Positions 8,501-14,326 of a DNA stretch of 24,000 nucleotides are shown here, piece after piece. The stretch's first letter is position 1. Every line of letters starts with the position of its first letter. Source of the stretch: Candidatus Pacearchaeota archaeon (GTDB lineage: Archaea; Nanobdellota; Nanobdellia; Pacearchaeales; GW2011-AR1); the NCBI GenBank assembly GCA_050124795.1, contig JASFEO010000006.1, forward strand, positions 19,597 to 43,596, read 5' to 3'. The translations under genes and the position numbers were made by a program. Below the pieces are notes generated by a model. That model was not told the origin of the DNA. It saw nothing but the letters and a program-made list of their open reading frames with translations, and searched no databases.

Positions 8501-8965
8501 CCAAACAATATGTTTAACTATCTTATCTACATTGTTTTTTTAATTGTCCTCCTTTACTCTGCTATTAAAATAAAAGAAAAAATTGATTGGAAGAAATTAA
8601 GTAAAAAAGAAGAGATTTCAAAAAGTCTTGAGTTTATAAAAGAAGCAAAAGAAGCTTTGAAACAAAACCGCCTGGAAGCTGCTAAATATTCTTATTACAA
8701 AATAAAAGAAATTTATTCAAAGCTCTCTGAAAAATGCAAAATTAAAATGCAAAAAGAAATAATTAAAATAAAAATTGGAATTGATAAAAGAGAAATTATA
8801 AATTTAGTAAAAGAATATGAAAACTTAAGGAGGGAAAATCAAATAAGCGAAGCCAAAATAATTTACAGTAAAATACAAAGAACATATAAAACATTGCCAA
8901 AAAAATACCAGGAAAAAATTTACAGGAGAATTTGCCCGGCATCTGTTGATGATTTTTTTAAATGA
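5546..8965 (+). CDS. Giant (1139 aa) surface glycoprotein candidate: signal peptide, acidic low-complexity stalk, Ig-like Cys modules, C-terminal TM and helical cytoplasmic tail
   Basis: Signal-like N-terminus is KIKKYLSIGVILFFVMNIVIANEA. An E/N/S/T/Q-rich region spans nt 5618-6220. Two homologous Cys-pair modules lie at nt 6611-6853 and 7409-7711. I count more than 20 N-x-S/T sequons by eye. TM MFNYLIYIVFLIVLLYSAI is at nt 8507-8569, followed by the tail KIKEKIDWKK... Confidence 0.8.
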   Translation: MKIKKYLSIGVILFFVMNIVIANEAMTSSITQDESSEQINSNSEQASEEINTESQTQNIEQKVNPEDNEINPKTTSQENDVTPPTKITSEEITENPEEVATDTENGDINLEIVSNAINEKQENASKEEVENTTEIQEISSKTNQSSEIKIGSNDSSKIKEINSPSKTVENFSEENNSEIENLSLKENQGYYINIDNVENSKSSPLSNIAKTQEKDENNFENKTQLLALYNNDGKIAIKGEIPANFTNAITKKEKIIDSKNFSKEFTIKSSEHLNSELIVYSDIPESKKENIKVYWKNEDKEVKIKEYLDENNNELIERISWIVPHLSEQVFEIRIETEILGNSTSGEIELNVINSPNINAKNPINFKFSIDYNGNKTLNCSLRLYNSTDSLTYSFSNEKPISEELEIPNGDYNWTATCLEEEDSSNKDSKSGNFTINEEPLTIYGMQEIYLTNDDIDFSLTGGYDLSNITLFYEDDSNIAYQKNNTSEKNIPSSAIQNPGKYILKIKSTGNEKPTQITTKEFSVASAEINLEKEKIEIDEDAKITIKINSPDEKILFAKLEYGDENYDYIAENQSNFIDTFTYSYLEEKIYNLKLTIYFDSQQFSITKQITVSDSDNTDNEKPKITLIEPANNAKFTDQTINFKYNATDNTKLKNCTYDLNYYSCPSCWGSVDYSENKSFSSNAGEATIHLHDFDVGNYTWVVTCYDNSSNSEWESRKFEIIPSGFEALTYSEETEVEEAQSRLEDFLTKIDSQGPEVKEALKDLGVYNDLSKVYSGRIQAIKIYFQTGYKTISPDKREEKNKEYLEELEEIKEKIPLDIEIIKANEYVKNSVSENLKEIIKQAILSTTPLIEKRSLNKLTENIFTIQNKFTASVTSKKLKIKYQNETREITLITKKIKTDEEDATFFEYTPKEFGKIIFITKTKELENNIFEINKENIEDNKIIYYIDDFVDIDEVKKTETILVLEVSEKNKNNITGFSIIDLKPNNMFNYLIYIVFLIVLLYSAIKIKEKIDWKKLSKKEEISKSLEFIKEAKEALKQNRLEAAKYSYYKIKEIYSKLSEKCKIKMQKEIIKIKIGIDKREIINLVKEYENLRRENQISEAKIIYSKIQRTYKTLPKKYQEKIYRRICPASVDDFFK

Positions 8966-8981
8966 TTCGATTACAATAATT

Positions 8982-8990
8982 TTTTTAAAA
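8982..8990 (+). promoter_or_regulatory. Possible TATA-like box (TTTTTAAAA) about 29 nt upstream of ATG 9011
   Basis: The spacing matches the other leaderless-type promoters in the window. The background is very AT-rich, so this is weak. Confidence 0.25.
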
Positions 8991-9010
8991 CAATTTTTTA
9001 TTAAACCTAA

Positions 9011-10198
9011 ATGTTAATTCAAATTATTTTATTTTTGTTCCTTGGAATCCTTGCAGGCACTCTCACTGGCCTTATCCCTGGAATACATATAAATACAATC
9101 GGAGTTTTTTTAATTGCACTCTCAGCCTCGCTGTTAACAAATTTAAATCCAATTTATTTTGTAGTTTTTATTTCCTCAATGAGCATAACCCACACATTTC
9201 TTGATTTTATTCCTTCAGTATTTTTAGGTTGCCCAGATAGCGACACAGAACTCTCAATACTCCCAGGACATGATTTATTAAAACAAGGAAAAGCATATGA
9301 GGCAATAATCTTAACTGCATATGGAAGCATTTCTGCAATTTTTATTTTAATATTAATTTCCTATCCTTCAATACTAATAATTTCAAAAACATACTTTTTA
9401 ATTGAAAAATTAATCCCATATATTTTAATTCTTGCCTCATTAATTTTAATCTTAATTGAAAACAAAAAATTCACTGCAAGTTTTGTATTTATCATTTCAG
9501 GAATATTAGGATATATTGTGCTTAATTTAGAAAATTTAAATCAACCCCTACTTCCACTCTTAACAGGTTTATTTGGTTCATCAGCTTTAATTTTAAGCAT
9601 AAAAAACAAAACAAAAATTCCTGAGCAAAAAATAACAAAGCCAAAAACAAAAATTCTAAAGCCAGTTTTTCGTTCTTTAATTGCCTCCCCATTATGCAGT
9701 TTCTTGCCTGGCATGGGTTCTGGACAAGCAGCAATAATTGGAAACATAAATTCAAAATTAGATAACAAAGGTTTTTTAGTTCTCATTGGAGCAACAAATA
9801 CTCTAGTCATGGGTTTTTCATTTATTTTGCTTTATATAATTTCAAAAACAAGAACAGGTGCAGCAGTTACAATTAAAGAAATCTTAGGAAATATTGAAAC
9901 AAATATTTTAATATTAATCTTAACAATAGTTTTTATTTCAGGAATAATTTCATTTTTTCTAACAATTAATCTGGCAAAATTTTTTTCAAACAAATTTAAA
10001 AAAATTAATTACACTTTTCTTTCAACAATTACATTAATTATTCTTCTAATAATAGTTTTTATTCTCTCAGGATTCTTAGGAATTTTAATTTTAATAATTT
10101 CAACATTCACGGGAATCTATTGCATTCAATTAAATATAAGAAGAACTTTTATGATGGGATGTTTAATGATTCCAACAATTTTATTTTATTTTCTTTAG
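9011..10198 (+). CDS. Polytopic membrane protein, TctA-family/DUF112-like (COG1784-type) putative transporter
   Basis: 395 aa and almost entirely hydrophobic helices. The N-terminal GTLTGLIPGIHINT and the ILPGHDLLKQGKAYEAI segment resemble the conserved G-x-IPG and LPG...G...A motifs I recall from archaeal DUF112/TctA-like proteins. Confidence 0.6.
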   Translation: MLIQIILFLFLGILAGTLTGLIPGIHINTIGVFLIALSASLLTNLNPIYFVVFISSMSITHTFLDFIPSVFLGCPDSDTELSILPGHDLLKQGKAYEAIILTAYGSISAIFILILISYPSILIISKTYFLIEKLIPYILILASLILILIENKKFTASFVFIISGILGYIVLNLENLNQPLLPLLTGLFGSSALILSIKNKTKIPEQKITKPKTKILKPVFRSLIASPLCSFLPGMGSGQAAIIGNINSKLDNKGFLVLIGATNTLVMGFSFILLYIISKTRTGAAVTIKEILGNIETNILILILTIVFISGIISFFLTINLAKFFSNKFKKINYTFLSTITLIILLIIVFILSGFLGILILIISTFTGIYCIQLNIRRTFMMGCLMIPTILFYFL

Positions 10199-10207
10199 AA
10201 TAGAAAT

Positions 10208-11695
10208 TTAAAAAAAGAAAAATAAAACCTTGGGCACATAAAGGATTTTATCTTTTTGGACAACCCCCTTAGAACTATCCAAAATTATCCCATACTTTGA
10301 CTCAACTCGCTCCATACTTTTTTTTACTTGGGACATCCCCTTTGAACCCCAACAACATTCTATCGGAACGGCACCACTATTTAATTTAATTATAAAATCT
10401 GCTCCCTTTTGATTTGCATCATCAAAACCTAAATCTTTTATTGGCGAAGTGGGTTTTTTTAAATTTAATAAAAGGGTATTAAATACACTTTCTTCAAAAA
10501 AAGTGCCTAATTGTGAACTATCTAAAATATTCAACCTTCCCATATTCCATAGTAAAACACTTCTTATATTAGGATGTTTAAAGTAATATTTTGGAGGTCT
10601 GGCAACACGCTTTAAAGGATTATTGCTATAATATTTTTCTTCTTCAATTAAACAAGCCATTTTCAATGATTCTAAAATATTAAAAACAGTTCCTTCAGGC
10701 ATTCCATCAAGCTCCCCCGAAATAGACTTTACACTATTTGTTGCAGGAGGCAAACTATTTGCCAGATATTGTAACATTGCGAAAACTTTGCTTGAAGACC
10801 TTTGCCCGATTTTGGAATAAACAGGTATGTCCTGTGTTATAACTTTATCAAAAATATTCATCCACCAATTAAAAATATTATTTGTATCATATTCTTCTAA
10901 AGAAACTGGCGAAGCTCCAGAAATTAGATAATCTTCTAACAACTTGTTTAAATTAATATTCTCCAGTGAAGATTTTTTCATCAACTCATTATAAACAGTA
11001 TCTAAAGTATATTGTGCGCTTTCTATATCACTATCTAAGGCAATCCTTATTCTCTCTGCAGTTTTTTTTGGGGGCAAAAATCTATATTTTAAATAAAGAT
11101 ATTCTTGAAAATTTAAAGGGCTAACTTCATCCCTTATCATTCTTCTACTTGCATCAACACTACTTTTGAGACCTAATGCAGAAGAGCCACTAACAAAAAT
11201 TAAAACATTGTTTTCCCCATCACTCCTATTGAATAAACTTGTTGAAAAATCCAGCCAACTTGGGTCATTATGGGCTTCATCTAAAAACAAAATAATTGAT
11301 TCATTTGTTTTTTCTAAAGGTTTGGCTAAAAAAAATTGTTCATATAATTCAAAAAGTTCTTGAAGAGAAGCATTGTAAATCCGATTCAAATCCCCAACAT
11401 CAACATAAATCAATCTTTCTACAGGGATTTTAAAATTATCCCTCAAATACCGATAAGTTTGAAACAACAATGTAGTTTTGCCTACACCCCTCAACCCTGG
11501 AAAAACTACAATTCTCTGCTTAAGAGATTTATCAATAAATTTTCTTACATACATCTCAGGCTTCAAAATAAAACTTCTTCTTGGAAGAAGGTTGCTAGTT
11601 TTAGGGTTTGTTATCTTCTTATTACACCGTTCACTTCCAGTGGAAATAAGATGATTCAAATAACTTCTCAACTTGTTTTTCTTATCAAATTCCAT
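10208..11695 (-). CDS. AAA+ ATPase of the AAA_14 + DUF4143 (COG1373) type with a degenerate nuclease-like C-terminus
   Basis: Walker A is GLRGVGKTT and Walker B is ILFLDEAH. SGSSALGL...SRRMIRDEVSPLNFQEYL matches the family signature TGSS...L.GR.....PLsF.Efl. The C-terminus GADFIIKLNSGAVPIECCWGSK resembles the D...E.K core of the family with K replaced. The ORF track starts at TTG 11701; the first ATG is 11695. Confidence 0.7.
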   Translation of the reverse strand: MEFDKKNKLRSYLNHLISTGSERCNKKITNPKTSNLLPRRSFILKPEMYVRKFIDKSLKQRIVVFPGLRGVGKTTLLFQTYRYLRDNFKIPVERLIYVDVGDLNRIYNASLQELFELYEQFFLAKPLEKTNESIILFLDEAHNDPSWLDFSTSLFNRSDGENNVLIFVSGSSALGLKSSVDASRRMIRDEVSPLNFQEYLYLKYRFLPPKKTAERIRIALDSDIESAQYTLDTVYNELMKKSSLENINLNKLLEDYLISGASPVSLEEYDTNNIFNWWMNIFDKVITQDIPVYSKIGQRSSSKVFAMLQYLANSLPPATNSVKSISGELDGMPEGTVFNILESLKMACLIEEEKYYSNNPLKRVARPPKYYFKHPNIRSVLLWNMGRLNILDSSQLGTFFEESVFNTLLLNLKKPTSPIKDLGFDDANQKGADFIIKLNSGAVPIECCWGSKGMSQVKKSMERVESKYGIILDSSKGVVQKDKILYVPKVLFFFF

Positions 11696-11744
11696 ATTCA
11701 ATTTTTTTGAATGATTTTAGTTAATATTATTCAATTTTTTTGAA
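11696..11744. promoter_or_regulatory. Two identical copies of the 17-nt palindrome ATTCAAAAAAATTGAAT flanking the presumed TATA region of the ATPase gene
   Basis: Copies lie at 11696-11712 (abutting ATG 11695) and 11728-11744. Each is self-complementary (ATTCAA-N5-TTGAAT). An A/T-rich TATA candidate lies between them, about 29 nt from the ATG. Confidence 0.45.
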
Positions 11745-11821
11745 TATATAAATCTTACGCTTTCCAATTCCTAAGCAACTTTTATTTTTTAATTTCTTCA
11801 ACAACCTCAATATTTATAATC

Positions 11822-12190
11822 CTACTTTGATTCTTTCTTTTTCTTAGAAAATTCAAGATATTTTTCATCTGTATATTTATCATAACTTCTATTTAAAAGA
11901 TATATTGAAAGAAGAACAATTAAAATAAATAAAAGATATAAAAAATAAAGAGAAAACGCCACTTTCCAATTAGGAATATTTAAAGAAAGTAAAGCAAGAT
12001 TAAAAATGAAAGAAATTAAAACAAATACTATAGGTAAATTCATAGAAGAATGAATTGCATGTTGAGTAGAAATCCAAGATAACTTTAAATCATTCTCAAG
12101 TTGATTATAAACCTTATCTTGATTTTTTTTCCATAAAGAATATTTTATTGGAAAAAGATCATTATGCAAAATTTCAAATATTTTTTTCAT
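11822..12190 (-). CDS. Small membrane protein (two predicted TM helices), function unknown
   Basis: 122-aa ORF with hydrophobic stretches LPIVFVLISFIFNLALLSL and VAFSLYFLYLLFILIVLLSIYLL. A box aaagtttaag starts about 29 nt upstream of ATG 12190. Confidence 0.5.
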   Translation of the reverse strand: MKKIFEILHNDLFPIKYSLWKKNQDKVYNQLENDLKLSWISTQHAIHSSMNLPIVFVLISFIFNLALLSLNIPNWKVAFSLYFLYLLFILIVLLSIYLLNRSYDKYTDEKYLEFSKKKKESK

Positions 12191-12259
12191 AAATTTTAAA
12201 TAGAAAATCTTTTCTTAAACTTTTCCAAAAAAACCAATAACATTAATTATTCAGTGCAG

Positions 12260-12287
12260 AAAAAAATTTTGCCAAAGGCAAAATTTT
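12260..12287 (-). terminator. Hairpin plus U-tract terminator at the 3' end of the uppS-fusion gene
   Basis: A perfect 11-bp stem (12263-12273 aaaattttgcc and 12277-12287 ggcaaaatttt) has a 3-nt loop. On the minus-strand RNA the 3' arm runs into a 7-U tract. The stem overlaps the stop codon at 12286-12288. Confidence 0.5.
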
Positions 12288-13290
12288 AACTATTCCCACC
12301 AAACCTTCTTTTTCTTTTTGAAAATTCTTTTATTGCAAAATCAATATCTTTTTTTGTAAAATCAGGAAAATGTTTTTTTAAAAAAATTAATTCTGCATAA
12401 ACCCCCTGCCAAGGCATAAAACCACTAAGTCTTTTTTCACCACTTGTTCTAACAATTAAATCAGGATCAGGAACACCTTTTGTATCAAGAATTTCTCCAA
12501 ATTGTTTTTCATTAACTTTTTTTGCCTTTGCAGAAAGTAACTTATTCACATTTCTTAAAATTTCATCCCTACCACCATAATCCAAACATAACTGCACATT
12601 ATAATTTTCATAATTTTTTGTCTCATTTTCTAAAACAATCAAAGCATCTCTAACTTCCTTACTAAATCTCTCTTTTCTTCCAATATGCCTAAACCTAACT
12701 TTATTTTCTTTTGCATAATTTCTAAAATCATTTATTCCTCTTAAAAAAACATTAAACAATTTTTCATTTTCCTCTTTCTCGCGTTTCCAATTCTCAGTTG
12801 AAAAACCCCAAAAAGAAACACAACTAACACCTAAATCTCTTGCTTCTTCAAAAAGAGAAATTAAATTTTCAGACTCTCCAGCTTTTTCATGTCCACGAAA
12901 TCCAAGCAAACCCCTTCTCTTAGCCCAGCGACGATTTCCATCAGGAATAATTGCAATATGAATAGGAATATTTTCCAAGCCTCTTCTTAAAAAAACTAAA
13001 TTTCTAAAACCCCTTAACTTATCAATAAAAAAATTAAAATCTTTTTTAACTTCAAAATTTTCATAATCTAAATCATCTATTTTACTTTTTTTAATTTCAG
13101 TTACCTTTGAAAAACCAGGACTCATCTTAACCCAATCAATAAATTCATTAAAATTTTTATCAATAACAACTAAAACACTTCCATCAAAAAGATTTTTCAC
13201 ATAACCATTAATTTTATTTTCAATACAAAAATTTTTTACTTTATTTCTAAATCCAACAAACTGAACTCTTCCATAAACTTTGATTCTCAT
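12286..13290 (-). CDS. uppS: Fusion protein: N-terminal acylphosphatase-like domain plus cis-prenyltransferase (undecaprenyl/polyprenyl diphosphate synthase, UppS family)
   Basis: aa 1-83 (VYGRVQFVGFR...INGYVKNLFDGSVLVVI...FEVKK) match the acylphosphatase pattern V.G.VQGVGFR / G.V.N..DGSV. From about aa 100 the UppS hallmarks appear: HIAIIPDGNRRWA, RTSGEKRLSGFMPWQ..YAEL and RKRRFGG. Confidence 0.85.
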   Translation of the reverse strand: MRIKVYGRVQFVGFRNKVKNFCIENKINGYVKNLFDGSVLVVIDKNFNEFIDWVKMSPGFSKVTEIKKSKIDDLDYENFEVKKDFNFFIDKLRGFRNLVFLRRGLENIPIHIAIIPDGNRRWAKRRGLLGFRGHEKAGESENLISLFEEARDLGVSCVSFWGFSTENWKREKEENEKLFNVFLRGINDFRNYAKENKVRFRHIGRKERFSKEVRDALIVLENETKNYENYNVQLCLDYGGRDEILRNVNKLLSAKAKKVNEKQFGEILDTKGVPDPDLIVRTSGEKRLSGFMPWQGVYAELIFLKKHFPDFTKKDIDFAIKEFSKRKRRFGGNS

Positions 13291-13389
13291 TAAACTAATT
13301 AAAAAATTTAATTTTTAAAACTTATGAAACTAAAAAAATAATTAATCTAGAACATAAATTATTTTAAATAATAAAAATTTAATTAAATT

Positions 13390-13689
13390 ATGAACTCTTT
13401 AGAAAATATGAATGAAAGAGATGCTTTCTTAAAAATACTTGATGAAACAAGAAAACCAGGAGACACTCTTCTAAAAAAAATTGATTATTATTTTATTCCA
13501 TTTAGTTTAATAAGAAGGGAAAAAAGGTGGGTTGATTTAAGAAGAATGGGTGTAAAAGAAGGAATTATTTATAATTTAAATGAAGAACAAGTAAAAAAAA
13601 GAAAAGATCAAATTACTCAATCAAAAATAATAGAAACAATTAGATGTATAGATTATATGACTATGATTTATTTTTTATTTTGTTTATAA
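13390..13689 (+). CDS. Hypothetical small protein
   Basis: 99-aa ORF. A box ttttaaata starts 28 nt upstream of ATG 13390, the same geometry as other promoters here. No motif recognised. Confidence 0.4.
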   Translation: MNSLENMNERDAFLKILDETRKPGDTLLKKIDYYFIPFSLIRREKRWVDLRRMGVKEGIIYNLNEEQVKKRKDQITQSKIIETIRCIDYMTMIYFLFCL

Positions 13690-13693
13690 TTTA

Positions 13694-14260
13694 TCAACCA
13701 AAAAACATTGAAAGAGGTCCTTTAGGTCTTTTTATAACAGGAATTATTTTTCCCTCTTCAGATTGTTTATCTCTAAAAATTGCAAAATCTTTTGCTAAAT
13801 CTTCCTTAGAATTTCTCCAATCAAACTTCAATTTATTAGGATTATATGGAAGATAAGATACAGGATAAACTCCTCTTTTTTCCAGAGCATCAAAAAATAA
13901 ATTTGAAATTGCTTTTTTAGTTTTTGCAGAAAAATAACCATTTAATTGAGGTATTGCAGAATGACTAAAAGAATGATATAAATCATCTTTTTTAAGAATA
14001 AAAATTGAATGACCATAAAACCCCTTTCTAGTTTGTCCAAAAAGGTCCACTATCCTTTGTTCGTAACTAAATTTTTCCATAGAATATGCTAAAGCTAAAG
14101 AAAATTCCAAAGCATGAGCTTTTCCAGAATCCAATACCTCTTTTGCAGATCTTACTCTATAAGGTTTAGGACAGGAAAATTCAATTTTAGCAAGATTATC
14201 AAAAACAAGTTTTTCCCTAATTGAAAAAGGATTTTGATTTGACTTCTGAAAACTAAACAT
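13694..14260 (-). CDS. Hypothetical protein (188 aa), function unknown
   Basis: ATG-initiated ORF with a tttaaata box starting 29 nt upstream of ATG 14260. It lies 66 nt downstream of the PolD large-subunit gene. No convincing family assignment. Confidence 0.5.
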   Translation of the reverse strand: MFSFQKSNQNPFSIREKLVFDNLAKIEFSCPKPYRVRSAKEVLDSGKAHALEFSLALAYSMEKFSYEQRIVDLFGQTRKGFYGHSIFILKKDDLYHSFSHSAIPQLNGYFSAKTKKAISNLFFDALEKRGVYPVSYLPYNPNKLKFDWRNSKEDLAKDFAIFRDKQSEEGKIIPVIKRPKGPLSMFFG

Positions 14261-14326
14261 ACACTTATTAAAAAAACATTATATTTAAAGATTATTATAA
14301 TAAAAAATATACTTTTTTAAAAATTT

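Noticed and set aside
5410-9810. Overlapping ORFs at 5410-5622, 5541-5768, 6363-6578, 6424-6618, 7897-8142, 8146-8334, 9522-9755 and 9541-9810 (all -), and 6126-6314 (+)
   Set aside because: These overlap the 69-aa gene, the 1139-aa surface-protein gene or the TctA-like gene. They are antisense, or same-strand but out of frame (6126-6314). None has a supporting signal.
12127-12141. ORB-like string TTTTCCATAAAGAAT inside the small membrane-protein gene
   Set aside because: It has a 1-nt insertion relative to the ORB core, no G-string, no partner repeat and no A/T-only DUE, and it lies in coding sequence. It is probably chance in AT-rich DNA.
13694-14260. Possible transglutaminase/papain-like fold in the 188-aa protein (SGKAHALEFSLALAY ... 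YGHSIFIL ... SFSHS)
   Set aside because: The spacing is vaguely like the Cys-His-Asp core, but the nucleophile position is Ala or His rather than Cys. The resemblance is too weak to call by eye, so it is left as hypothetical.
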